The notes: generated by a model not told the origin, from the sequence alone. 64,000 bases of DNA from Elusimicrobia bacterium GWA2_56_46 (GCA_001799575.1 MGTT01000015.1:76801-140800), one strand, 5' to 3'; shown: positions 43,213 through 52,908, numbered from the stretch's first letter. Made by a program: numbers and translations.

Positions 43213-43872
43213 ATGCTCTCATACCTTGTCTCCACGTTCTTAAAATTCGTTGACCTGTTCCTGCACCTGGATAAATACCTGGGCGAAGTCATCAAAAGCT
43301 ACGGGAACTGGACTTACCTGATACTTTTCACGATAATCTTCTGCGAGACGGGGTTCGTGGTCACGCCCATTCTGCCGGGGGATTCGCTTTTGTTCGCGGT
43401 GGGAATGTTCGCGGCCGCCGGGGCGATAGACCTGTCCAGGATCTGGCCGCTGCTGATCTTCGCCGCCATCCTGGGAGACAATGTCAATTACGCGGTGGGG
43501 AATTTCATCGGCCCCAAGGTCTTTCATTACGAGAATTCCCGGATCTTCAGGAAGGAGTACCTCCAAAAAACCCACAATTTTTACGAAAAGCACGGCGGAA
43601 TGACGATCATTCTGGCGAAATATGTCCCCATAGTGCGCACTTTCGCCCCTTTCGTGGCCGGCGTGGGAGCCATGACCTATCCGAAATTCCTGCTGTTCAA
43701 CGTGGTGGGGGGATTTACCTGGGTGACGGTCATAATGCTGTCCGGTTACTATTTCGGCAATATCCCGGTCATAAAGAACAACTTCACCGCCGTAGTGCTT
43801 CTCATCGTCTTCCTCTCCATGCTCCCCGGCCTCATCGGCTACCTGAAACACCGGCGCAGCCCGTCGCCTTGA
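43213..43872 (+). CDS. dedA: DedA-family membrane protein
   Basis: FVVTPILPGDSLLF motif. Confidence 0.85.
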   Translation: MLSYLVSTFLKFVDLFLHLDKYLGEVIKSYGNWTYLILFTIIFCETGFVVTPILPGDSLLFAVGMFAAAGAIDLSRIWPLLIFAAILGDNVNYAVGNFIGPKVFHYENSRIFRKEYLQKTHNFYEKHGGMTIILAKYVPIVRTFAPFVAGVGAMTYPKFLLFNVVGGFTWVTVIMLSGYYFGNIPVIKNNFTAVVLLIVFLSMLPGLIGYLKHRRSPSP

Positions 43873-43896
43873 CAAGTCAATTGCGTGTGCTATACT
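43869..43896 (+). promoter_or_regulatory. near-consensus promoter, twin of the 5295-5323 promoter
   Basis: TTGACAAGTCAA...GTGTGCTATACT (16-nt spacer, extended -10 TG); the -35 overlaps the dedA stop codon. Confidence 0.5.
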
Positions 43897-43989
43897 ATCA
43901 ATGCGCCGGGCGGGCCTAAAGGCCTATTGACTGCCGGGCCTAAAGACTATTGACCGGCGGTTTTTCAGGAGCGATAATATAGTAACTAT

Positions 43990-45357
43990 ATGAAACACGG
44001 CATATTACTGATGACACTGGCGGCCGCGATAACCGCGCTGATAATTAACGCGGAAGCGCAGGATCTCTCTTTCGACGGCCTCCAGGCCGGCCTGGCCCGC
44101 ATTAAGTCCGCCGGCGCCGCGGAACCCGCTCCGGCCCCTGCCCCGGCGCTTAAAACACCAACCGCCGCACAGTCCCGGCCGGCCGCGGAAAGGGAGTGGC
44201 TGGTGCTGGTCTTCATGAACGGGCGCAATGAACTCTGGCAAAACGCCATCAAAGATGTGAACGAAATGGAGCTTATCGGCTCCACCGACAAAGTGGCCGT
44301 TACCGTGGAACTTGGCTTATCTCAGGATCGGGGCGATTCCTCCAGACTTTATATCCGGAAAGATACCACCGCCGAAGCGAATAATCTGGCGGGGAAAATC
44401 GTTTCACCCGCCGTTAAAGTGTCCGGCTCCGACATGGGAAACTGGAAGCATTTCGTAGATTTCGCCAGATGGTCATACCGTAATTACCCCGCCAAAAAAG
44501 TGCTGGCCGTTGTCTGGGGCCACGGTTCCGGACGCGTGGATATCGGCGGCGCCGACAACTCCGGTTCGGAATTCGGCATCTCCCCCGACAACTTGACCCG
44601 GAACTTCATACGCAACAGGCAGATGGCCAGGGCGCTAAGGGAAATAGAAAAATCCATTGGTAAAAAAGTGTCCGTCTACGCTTCGGACACCTGCCTTATG
44701 CAGATGGCAAGCGTGGCCTATGAGATAAAAGATGGAGCGGAATTGATAGTGGGATCCGAAGAGATTACGCCTTTTAATGGCTTCCCCTACAGCGCCATCC
44801 TGCGCGACCTTGCCGCCAACCCCGGTATGGGTCCCGGAGCCCTGAGCGCCATGATAGTGGACGATTTCTCCGCCTCTTACTCCGCCACCGGCGCCGGCAC
44901 GACCATCTCCGCCATAAAGACCTCCGAACTGCCGGAATTCGTCCGCCTCCTGAATGACTGGCTGCGCGCGGCCGCCGTCCCCGCCCACAGGACCAATCTC
45001 CTGAACGCTGAACGGGAAACCCTGTCTTTTGAAAAAGGCTACAACGGGAACGACACCGCCGATCGTACCGGCTCAAAAGATCTCTACGATTTTGTGGATC
45101 TCGCCGGGAAAAAGGCCGGCAGGGCTTCCGGGCTCCACGCCAAAGGCGAAGTTCTGAAAAATTTTATAACCGGCAGGCTGGTAACGCGCAATAAAACCAC
45201 GCCGCCAGGGGGCGATTATGACCGCGCGAAAGGTTTGGCAATATACTTTCCGAAAATGATCTACGACCAGAGCTACGATGAGACACTATTCTCGCGGGAC
45301 TCGCTCTGGGACGACTTCCTGAAATGGAAGCTGGATCGTTCTTACAAGGTGAAATAG
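43990..45357 (+). CDS. secreted clostripain-family (C11) cysteine peptidase
   Basis: Signal peptide; His/Cys dyad contexts VVWGHGSG and ASDTCLMQ. Confidence 0.75.
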   Translation: MKHGILLMTLAAAITALIINAEAQDLSFDGLQAGLARIKSAGAAEPAPAPAPALKTPTAAQSRPAAEREWLVLVFMNGRNELWQNAIKDVNEMELIGSTDKVAVTVELGLSQDRGDSSRLYIRKDTTAEANNLAGKIVSPAVKVSGSDMGNWKHFVDFARWSYRNYPAKKVLAVVWGHGSGRVDIGGADNSGSEFGISPDNLTRNFIRNRQMARALREIEKSIGKKVSVYASDTCLMQMASVAYEIKDGAELIVGSEEITPFNGFPYSAILRDLAANPGMGPGALSAMIVDDFSASYSATGAGTTISAIKTSELPEFVRLLNDWLRAAAVPAHRTNLLNAERETLSFEKGYNGNDTADRTGSKDLYDFVDLAGKKAGRASGLHAKGEVLKNFITGRLVTRNKTTPPGGDYDRAKGLAIYFPKMIYDQSYDETLFSRDSLWDDFLKWKLDRSYKVK

Positions 45358-45366
45358 GGGATCGTT

Positions 45367-47157
45367 ATGACGGCGCTGAGTTTAAAAATACGGGGTTTCA
45401 GGGGGCTGCTGGCCGCGGCCCTCTCCGGCTTTGCCGTGTCCTGCGCCTGCGCCGCGAGCCTCACCTGGGAAGAAGCGGCCCGGATCGCGGCCTACGACAA
45501 GGCGTTAAGCGCCGGCGACCCCGCGATAGCCGAAAAATTCCTCAAAGACACCTCCTTTTCCGACTGGCTTAAGCTGACCGACCCCGTAAAGGCGGCGCTG
45601 CTGCTTTCCAAAGCGCAGGCCGTGGACGATCTGGCGCGGCTCCTTGACAAACCCTGGCGGGACGAGCAGGAAGCGGAGCTCAGCAAAGCGCTTTCACTGA
45701 GGATAGATTCCGGCAAACCGCTGGTAAAAGCGGGCATCGGGCCCGTCCCGGAGACGCTACTGTCCTGGATGGCCGGATACAGGAGTTATTCCGAGCATAA
45801 GACCGGGCTTGTAAGGAAAGCTATACGGCAGTTTGAAACCGTATTCGCCGCCGACAAAACGGACGCCGACGCGCTTGAGAACAAACGATCATGGGAAAAC
45901 AGAACCATACGGGAACGCAATATTTTCCTGGCTGAATTTGCCTCCGGCAAGCTTGAGAAACTCATCAAGTATGAAACCGAAACCGGCAAAGCTTTCCGGG
46001 AGTGGGTGCGCAACGATGATGTATTCAAATACCTGGACCAGGCGGGCCGCGCGCGCCAGGAGCGCTACCTGACCCAGCTGGCGGCTGCGGACGCGGCTAA
46101 GTCGAAATTAAGCGCCCCCCGGCTGGACAAAATAAACGACCAGCCCATAGAGCAGCAGATGTACCTGCTGGGCGGGCTTTTCGATAAAAGCAAAGGCGGG
46201 GGAGGGTCATTGCTTGAGCGCAAAGTGGACGGCGCCCGCCAGTCCAAACCTGGCGAAACGCTTTCATACCAGAACAACCGGCTCCTGGCCGATATGCTCC
46301 GTACCGCTATACCGGGCGAACTCAAAGGCTCCGCCGCGGGCGGCAGAATACTCCAATTCTACAACTCGGGCGCGGGGCCGGCCGTGGCCATAGAATCGTG
46401 CCAGGGCTGCTATGCCAAGTATGAACCGGCCGGCGCCAGGATCGTGCTGGACTCGGAAATGATACAGCAGTACTTACGGGTGAATAACCTTACCGCCGAA
46501 ACGCTCTTAAGCGATAAAACCCGGGTCGCGGCCCTGGCCGGATACCTCGCGCCTATCTTCGTGCATGAAGCGACACACCAGATGCAGCACTCCTGGGCGG
46601 ACAAGGCCGGGATCTATAAGCCCTACGTGCAGGAAGACGAGATAGAGGCCAACTCCATGGAAGCCCTCTACACGCTGGAGAAGCTGAAAAAGGATCCGAA
46701 GTTCCGGGGGCTGTTTTCAAAGATGCGCTCAAGCGCCTCTTACGCCGATCAGCGCCTGAAACTGGCCCAGCGTTTCAGCAGGAACCCGGACGACTTCAGT
46801 GAAAATGTGCGTCAGCTTTATTACTACGGCCTGCCCTCGTTTGAAGCCGCCTCCTCCCAGGTGCTCTGGGCCGTTTCCTCGGAACTTAAGCGCAGAAAGG
46901 GCCTGAAAGCGGACGCGCGGAACGAACTGGAAAAAACCGGGGCGGACATCAACGAGGCCATGGCAATGACCGCCTCCGAACTTATCAGCTCCGCGGCCGG
47001 GATAAAAACCCCGGCGCTGCTGAAAATCCAGGAAGACCTTCTGCACAACGCCGTATACACCGGCCGCTACGAGGACGCCTCGGATCGGGCCGTTGCTATG
47101 CTGGGCGCGGCGCGTGGTTCGGGAACGCCCAAAACAGGGGCTGTTCCCGCGCTGTGA
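45367..47157 (+). CDS. secreted hypothetical protein with HExxH zinc-metallopeptidase-like motif
   Basis: Signal peptide (LLAAALSGFAVSCACAAS); VHEATHQMQH with EDEIEAN downstream. Confidence 0.55.
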   Translation: MTALSLKIRGFRGLLAAALSGFAVSCACAASLTWEEAARIAAYDKALSAGDPAIAEKFLKDTSFSDWLKLTDPVKAALLLSKAQAVDDLARLLDKPWRDEQEAELSKALSLRIDSGKPLVKAGIGPVPETLLSWMAGYRSYSEHKTGLVRKAIRQFETVFAADKTDADALENKRSWENRTIRERNIFLAEFASGKLEKLIKYETETGKAFREWVRNDDVFKYLDQAGRARQERYLTQLAAADAAKSKLSAPRLDKINDQPIEQQMYLLGGLFDKSKGGGGSLLERKVDGARQSKPGETLSYQNNRLLADMLRTAIPGELKGSAAGGRILQFYNSGAGPAVAIESCQGCYAKYEPAGARIVLDSEMIQQYLRVNNLTAETLLSDKTRVAALAGYLAPIFVHEATHQMQHSWADKAGIYKPYVQEDEIEANSMEALYTLEKLKKDPKFRGLFSKMRSSASYADQRLKLAQRFSRNPDDFSENVRQLYYYGLPSFEAASSQVLWAVSSELKRRKGLKADARNELEKTGADINEAMAMTASELISSAAGIKTPALLKIQEDLLHNAVYTGRYEDASDRAVAMLGAARGSGTPKTGAVPAL

Positions 47158-47164
47158 GAACCTT

Positions 47165-47764
47165 ATGATAAAGCTGTTGTTCTCGATCCTCCTTTTAAGC
47201 GGCTGCGGCGGCGCGAACGACGGCGCCAGAGAGGCGCCGGGCCGGGAGCGGCCTGCCGCCAAAACGGACGAAAAGCCGGGAGTCGCCGCGGAGCGCTTCG
47301 CCTGCGAAACGCCCTCCGGGTGGGAGATAAAGCGCGACAGGGAAAAGGAGAAAAAGACTAAAATACTGAAGTTGGAACTGGTCGGCCCCAGGGAGGGGAA
47401 CGCCCCCGTGCTTATCTACGCCGCTTTCTACGGAACAGGCAACGCCTCTTTTTCGGATCACGCGGATTTCATCGAGCGAAACTCCAAAAATATCCTGGGC
47501 GAAACCCAAAGCGACACCGAAAAATTCAGCCCGGTCAAAGAGACCTCGCTGGCGGGGAAAAAAACTTTTGAATTCGACAGCGAAATAAAGGAATATCTTA
47601 ACCCTGAAAGCAAATCCGCGGAAAGCGTGGTGATAAAAGAAAAGTTCTATGTCATTCCGGCAAAGGACGGCTTCTTCGTCCTACATTATTACGCCCCAGC
47701 CCCCGCCTATAATAAATATTTACCGGTCTTCAAAAAACTGACCGCCACATTCAAAATCCTGTAG
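47165..47764 (+). CDS. lipoprotein, unknown function
   Basis: MIKLLFSILLLSGC lipobox; start moved to this Met. Confidence 0.6.
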   Translation: MIKLLFSILLLSGCGGANDGAREAPGRERPAAKTDEKPGVAAERFACETPSGWEIKRDREKEKKTKILKLELVGPREGNAPVLIYAAFYGTGNASFSDHADFIERNSKNILGETQSDTEKFSPVKETSLAGKKTFEFDSEIKEYLNPESKSAESVVIKEKFYVIPAKDGFFVLHYYAPAPAYNKYLPVFKKLTATFKIL

Positions 47765-47769
47765 CCTTT

Positions 47770-48636
47770 ATGAACGATGTCCTGGCGCGGAACATACTGC
47801 TGCTGGGCGCGCTTGAGGAGATCCGCGCCGCAGCCGGAGGCAAAAACCTCAAATTCATACTCCTGAAAGGCGCGGCATTGCTGACCGAAGGGGTTTACGG
47901 GCCCGGGGAAAGGGAAATGACGGATCTGGACATCCTGATACGACCGGCGGATGAAAAAGCTTTTGACGATCTGCTGATGAACCTGGGATTCAGACCCATG
48001 GAGAACAGCTCGCAGGCTTATTACAGGCCGGCGCCAGGGGCCGCGCCGCCGGTAATAGCGGATCTGCATACCGGCCTGTGGCATGAAAAAGACGCAGAGA
48101 TTCTCTGGCGCAGGGCGGTAAACGTTCCGGAAAGCGCAAATCTTACGGTTCCCGGGTTTGCAGACCAGCTGCTTCATCTGGCCTCCCACACCCTGCTTTA
48201 TCACGGTCGTCTGGGATCCAGGACACTGGAAGACCTGGGCCGGCTTCTTGAATTTATCTATAGGAAAACTGAAAGAGCGGCTTTCTGGCGCGAGGCCTCC
48301 GGGATAGCGGACGGGGAAAACCTCAGACCGGCGCTTTACCCCGTTCTGACGCGGTTGGCGGCGGCCGCCCCGGCCCTGATCTCCGGAGAAGAACTTTCCG
48401 CTTTCGCGCCGCACGGCGCGGAGAAATTAAAGAGCCGCTTTTTTGAAAAAGCGGCTTCCGGCCACTCCCGCCCGCTGGAATATTTTCTGCCCGCCCTTTA
48501 CCGCCCGGCGCTGTTCTTCAGATATCTGTTTCCCGAAAAAAGCTTCCTTGAGCGCCGCTACGGCAGGCGTTCCTGGACCAACCGCTTAATAAGACCCTTC
48601 CAACTGATCAAAGCAATATTTAAAGAAGAGGAATAA
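47770..48636 (+). CDS. uncharacterised nucleotidyltransferase family protein (NTP_transf_5-like)
   Basis: LLKGAAL...REMTDLDILIRP motif. Confidence 0.65.
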   Translation: MNDVLARNILLLGALEEIRAAAGGKNLKFILLKGAALLTEGVYGPGEREMTDLDILIRPADEKAFDDLLMNLGFRPMENSSQAYYRPAPGAAPPVIADLHTGLWHEKDAEILWRRAVNVPESANLTVPGFADQLLHLASHTLLYHGRLGSRTLEDLGRLLEFIYRKTERAAFWREASGIADGENLRPALYPVLTRLAAAAPALISGEELSAFAPHGAEKLKSRFFEKAASGHSRPLEYFLPALYRPALFFRYLFPEKSFLERRYGRRSWTNRLIRPFQLIKAIFKEEE

Positions 48637-48654
48637 CCAGCCCGAAAAACGCAG

Positions 48655-48735
48655 TTGGTTCGTCACACCGGCGAAAGCCGGTGTCCAGATGCCGAACACG
48701 GAACCTGGATTCCGGCTTTCGCCGGAATGACAAGC
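48655..48735. repeat. REP-like hairpin pair (the widespread repeat that translates as WIPAFAGMT)
   Basis: ACACCGGC-gaaa-GCCGGTGT (48665-48684) and ATTCCGGC-tttc-GCCGGAAT (48709-48728), followed by GAC. Confidence 0.6.
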
Positions 48736-48767
48736 CTCTGGCAGTGCCGTATCAAGAGCTATGATCC

Positions 48768-49169
48768 TCAGGCCGATGGCTTACGGCCTATAGCAGGATT
48801 CACCAATGTTACCAGTTTCAGGATGTTCGCCAGGCGGTCGAGGGAGGGGGGTTTTATCACAAAATCGAAAGCCCCTTCTTTAAGGGCTCCGGCGGCGACG
48901 TCCACGTTGTCCGCGCCGGTAATGATTATGACGACCACTTCCTTGTTTTTCTCTTTGGCGTGATGGAGGAGTTCCAGACCCGAAACGCCCCGTATGTACA
49001 TATCGGTTATGACAACGTCAAAAGCCCGGTTCGTAGCCAGCTCCCGGGCCTCTTCGCCGCTGTTGGCGCTGGTAATCTCAAATTGAGGAAACCCTTTAAG
49101 AATCTCCCTCACCCGGTCGATGACATAGCCTTCCTCTTCGATAAACAATAATTGTTTAGGGTCGGCCAT
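48768..49169 (-). CDS. stand-alone response regulator receiver domain (CheY-like)
   Basis: VVITDMYIRGVSGLEL phospho-acceptor Asp context, IIITG, KP. Confidence 0.8.
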   Translation of the reverse strand: MADPKQLLFIEEEGYVIDRVREILKGFPQFEITSANSGEEARELATNRAFDVVITDMYIRGVSGLELLHHAKEKNKEVVVIIITGADNVDVAAGALKEGAFDFVIKPPSLDRLANILKLVTLVNPAIGRKPSA

Positions 49170-49172
49170 AAC

Positions 49173-50423
49173 TTACCAATCCACCCACCAGCGTTCCAGT
49201 TCCTGCCTGGCCGCGAACTTGGGATTGCGGGCGAGAAGCTCCTCCTCCTCCACTATCCTCTCGATCCCGGTCAGGGGATGCTCCAGAAGATCCGCCAGGC
49301 GCGGAAGCGCGGGAGAGAAATCGGGGTCAAGCAATACGGACACGACAGGCCTGGTCAGGGATCCCGGGTTGACCTGAACCACGCCCGCTATCTCCCCGGT
49401 GGACAAAGCGACCAGAGAGCCGGGGGGATAAATGGAAAAAACCTCGATAAGCGCTTTTACCACCCTTGAATTGAACCCGTGGCCTTCTTTATCTATAAGA
49501 TGTTTCATCACGTTATGCGGATGGCCGGCCGGCCGCCAGGAACGGGGATGGGACATCGCCTCATACACGTCCGCGATGCCGATGATCTGGGCGGAAAAGC
49601 TGATTTCCTCGTTCGTCAGGCGGCCCGGGTAGCCGCCGGCGTCTATCCGCTCATGCACTTGTAAAATTATTTTCTTTGCCTGCTCCTTAAGCCGTCCGTC
49701 CATATCGAGGAAACGGTCTATTCTGGCCGCCCCGGCTTCGGGGTGAAGCATTATCTCGGAATATTCCGCGTCGGTCAGGCGGTTCTCCTGTTTCGCCAGT
49801 TTCGAGTGATCTATCATTCCCAGGTCGTGCGCCAGGGCGCAGAAACCGAGAAAATTCACGGCGCTCCTCTCCAGGCCCAGCGCCAGCCCCATGGCCTGGC
49901 TGATGACGGCGACGTTCGCGGAATGGGCGTACAGATAATCATCCGCCGTGGCGTAACGCGTATAACTCAGGAGCACCGGATTGGAGGAAAGCGCCTGCGA
50001 ATTAAGTTCGGCCTGGCGCATAATGCTCCCGTATTTTTCCACATAACCCCTGTCTATCTGGCCGATAAGCTCTTTCGCGAGCGCGATATTGCGGGAATAG
50101 ATCTCCCTGGCCTGGGCGTCCAGTTCCGGGAAAGGCCGCGCCGAGGCACGGACGGCCGCTTCGTCTTTCCTCTGCCGGTCTTTCCTTGATATGGATCTTT
50201 TTTCCGGAATCCCGGCGGGCGGGGCCTCCGGCGCGGCGGCCGGCGCGGCTTCCGGCACGGGCGGAAGCTTTCCGGGGATGTCCGGCAATGGAGCGTCAAG
50301 CGGGTTAGGTGGACCGGCGGCCGGTTCCGCCGAAGCCCGGAAGTAAGCTGTTTTCTTCTCCCGTACGCGGGGCTCCGGCGCCTCTTCTTTTTTAGCCCGG
50401 CCGTTGAGATCCGAAAATTTCAT
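49173..50423 (-). CDS. HD-GYP domain protein (c-di-GMP phosphodiesterase family) with Pro/Ala-rich N-terminus
   Basis: HDLGMI, HPEAGA, GGYPGRL motifs. Confidence 0.8.
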   Translation of the reverse strand: MKFSDLNGRAKKEEAPEPRVREKKTAYFRASAEPAAGPPNPLDAPLPDIPGKLPPVPEAAPAAAPEAPPAGIPEKRSISRKDRQRKDEAAVRASARPFPELDAQAREIYSRNIALAKELIGQIDRGYVEKYGSIMRQAELNSQALSSNPVLLSYTRYATADDYLYAHSANVAVISQAMGLALGLERSAVNFLGFCALAHDLGMIDHSKLAKQENRLTDAEYSEIMLHPEAGAARIDRFLDMDGRLKEQAKKIILQVHERIDAGGYPGRLTNEEISFSAQIIGIADVYEAMSHPRSWRPAGHPHNVMKHLIDKEGHGFNSRVVKALIEVFSIYPPGSLVALSTGEIAGVVQVNPGSLTRPVVSVLLDPDFSPALPRLADLLEHPLTGIERIVEEEELLARNPKFAARQELERWWVDW

Positions 50424-50478
50424 GGTTATATTGTAGGCTGCGGGGGTTAAAGAAACGTTGCAGAAAGGTTACAGCCCC

Positions 50479-51591
50479 TTATACCGCCCTTTCGTAAATG
50501 CGGAATTTTTTATAGACCTTCGCGCCGACGGCCAGAATGACATTATTTACCCTGTCATTGTCTTCGAGAGTCCAGGAAAGATCGCCGTACTCCCAACCCA
50601 TTTTGGCGGCTGACGCCACGGCCTGTTTGATAAGAAGGAGTTCCAGCCCCCGGCCGCGGAATTCTTTTTTCACGCCCAGAGCCAGCAGGCGGCCGCGGTT
50701 GATGGGAGTGAACATCCTGTAAAGGAACGGCAGGATATTCAACGGGTTTAAGGAGCCGTGTACCGCCTTAAGGGGGGAGTTGAAATCGGGCAGAAGAAGG
50801 GCGAAGCCGGCGGAACGGCCGTCCACCTTTACGAAATACAGGTACTCCGGCTTCAGCAGGGGCCTGAGAGAACGGGTCAGTTCGTCCATTTCCTCGTTGG
50901 TCATGGGCACAAAGCCCCAGTTATTATCCCAGGCGGAGTTATAAATGTCCTTTAAATCGGCCAGGGCGCCGTCTATGCGCGCGATCTCCACCAGTTCCAG
51001 AGTGACGCGCCCGTCGCGGGTCATGCGCCGGATCACTTTCTCCAGCCTTTCCGGAAATCCGTCCCTGGTGAAAGCCTGGAAAGCGTAAAGATCCTTGACC
51101 TTGGTAAAACCGGACTCCATGATCAGGCCGGCGTAGTACGGGGGATTATACGGCATCATCACCATGGGAGGAGAGTCGAATCCATCTACAAGCAGGCCAC
51201 AGGACTCGTTGGTTGAAGGATTTACCGGGCCGCGGATCTTGTCCATTCCTTTCGCTTTGCTCCATTTAAACGCCGCGTCAAACAGGAGCCGGGCGCTTTC
51301 AGGATCCTCGCGGCAGTCGAAAAAACCGAAAAAACCGCACTTTTCGTCGTGGAAAGAGTTGTGTTTGCTGTTGATGATGGCCGCGATCCGCCCGGCCGGC
51401 AGGCCATCCCTGAAAGCCATGAAAAGCTTTCGCTCTCCGTGGCGCCAAAACGGATGGCCCAGGCCCAGCAGACGCCTGACGTCTTTTTTAAGCTCCCCGA
51501 CCCAATAAGGATGCTTCCTGAAAAGGTCGTACGGAAAATCCACGAAAGCGCCCAGGCCGCTCTCATCAAGCTCTGTTATTTCTAGTGGCAT
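50479..51591 (-). CDS. GNAT-superfamily N-acyltransferase (long two-domain form)
   Basis: C-terminal FRGRGLELLLI acyl-CoA-binding motif; start set at MPLEITEL to avoid overlap. Confidence 0.6.
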   Translation of the reverse strand: MPLEITELDESGLGAFVDFPYDLFRKHPYWVGELKKDVRRLLGLGHPFWRHGERKLFMAFRDGLPAGRIAAIINSKHNSFHDEKCGFFGFFDCREDPESARLLFDAAFKWSKAKGMDKIRGPVNPSTNESCGLLVDGFDSPPMVMMPYNPPYYAGLIMESGFTKVKDLYAFQAFTRDGFPERLEKVIRRMTRDGRVTLELVEIARIDGALADLKDIYNSAWDNNWGFVPMTNEEMDELTRSLRPLLKPEYLYFVKVDGRSAGFALLLPDFNSPLKAVHGSLNPLNILPFLYRMFTPINRGRLLALGVKKEFRGRGLELLLIKQAVASAAKMGWEYGDLSWTLEDNDRVNNVILAVGAKVYKKFRIYERAV

Positions 51592-51625
51592 TTGAGGAAA
51601 AACACTGCGCGCCCGTCCCCTGACT

Positions 51626-52831
51626 CTATACTCCGGCTGAAACCTTTTTTTTGAGGACTTTTTTATAACAGGCCTCAAAAATATCCAGCGCGCGGTCCAG
51701 ATGGGCGCGCGTGTGGGTCGCGGTCACTACCACGCGCAGAAGAGCGCGTTTCGGCGGCACGGCGGGGCTGACCACGGGATTGGTGAAGATCCCGTTGTCA
51801 TAAAGCGCTTTCCAGAGCGAAAATGTTTTCAGGTTGTCGCCTATCACAACCGGAATGATCGGGGTCTGGGTTTCACCGGTGTTGCAGCCCATTTTTTTGA
51901 ACTGTTCCAGGAGATAATTAGAGTTGTCCCAGAGTTTTTTTATGCGCTGCGGCTCGCTTTCGATGATATCTATCGCCTTGGAAATGGCGGCCACGGAGGC
52001 CGGCGGCAGGGCGGCCGAAAAGATCATGGAACGGGAAAGGTGCTGGATATAATGAAGGACGTCCGCGTCCCCGGCCACAAAGCCGCCGATCGAAGCGAAA
52101 GACTTGGAGCAGGTGCCCACTACGATGTCCACGTCCTTGCGGGTAAGGCCGAAATGCTCGCAGGTACCGCGTCCGCGCGGCCCCAGCACACCGGTGGCGT
52201 GAGCGTCGTCCACCATAAGCCGGGCGCCGTACTTCTTTGAGATCCTGACGATCTCCGGCAGGGGGGCGATGTCCCCCTCCATGGAGAACACCCCGTCCAC
52301 TATCACCAGTTTCCCGGTTTTGGCCCCCACGCCTTTAAGCACCCTTTCAAGATCTTCCGTATCGTTGTGCTTATAGCGCCGGATCTCTCCGCCGGAAAGA
52401 CGGCAGCCGTCCAGGATGCTGGCATGATCCAGCTTGTCCACTATGACCACGTCGCCCCGTCCGATAAGCGCGGAGATAACGCCCAGGTTCATCTGATAGC
52501 CGGTGGCGTATACCAGGGCGGCTTCGCGGCCTTTGAAAGCGGCCAGCTTACGCTCCAGTTCGGTATGCAGGACGGTATTGCCGTTCAAAAATCTGGAGCC
52601 CGCCACGCCTGTGCCGAACTTCTGCACCGCGTCAATGGCGGCCTTTTTCATTCTGGGATCATTGGCCAGGCCGAGGTAATTATTGGAGCCGAACATGATG
52701 AACTTCCTGCCCTGTATTACCACCTCCGGCGCCTGCTCCGAGGAAAGCTCCTTGAAATAAGGATAGATCCCGGCCTCCATAAGTTGTTTGGCGGTATGAA
52801 AGCCGCGGCACTTGTCAAATAGATCTTTCAT
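51626..52831 (-). CDS. PLP-dependent alpha-oxoamine synthase (BioF/Kbl/serine-palmitoyltransferase family)
   Basis: GSNNYLGL, DDAH, SKSF (Lys) motifs. Confidence 0.8.
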   Translation of the reverse strand: MKDLFDKCRGFHTAKQLMEAGIYPYFKELSSEQAPEVVIQGRKFIMFGSNNYLGLANDPRMKKAAIDAVQKFGTGVAGSRFLNGNTVLHTELERKLAAFKGREAALVYATGYQMNLGVISALIGRGDVVIVDKLDHASILDGCRLSGGEIRRYKHNDTEDLERVLKGVGAKTGKLVIVDGVFSMEGDIAPLPEIVRISKKYGARLMVDDAHATGVLGPRGRGTCEHFGLTRKDVDIVVGTCSKSFASIGGFVAGDADVLHYIQHLSRSMIFSAALPPASVAAISKAIDIIESEPQRIKKLWDNSNYLLEQFKKMGCNTGETQTPIIPVVIGDNLKTFSLWKALYDNGIFTNPVVSPAVPPKRALLRVVVTATHTRAHLDRALDIFEACYKKVLKKKVSAGV

Positions 52832-52908
52832 AAATTACCTCGCAGCAAATTCGCATCTTCGCAGGCTCCCGCCCCATTCTCCCTATCTTATTAAATTTGA
52901 GAGGGGAT

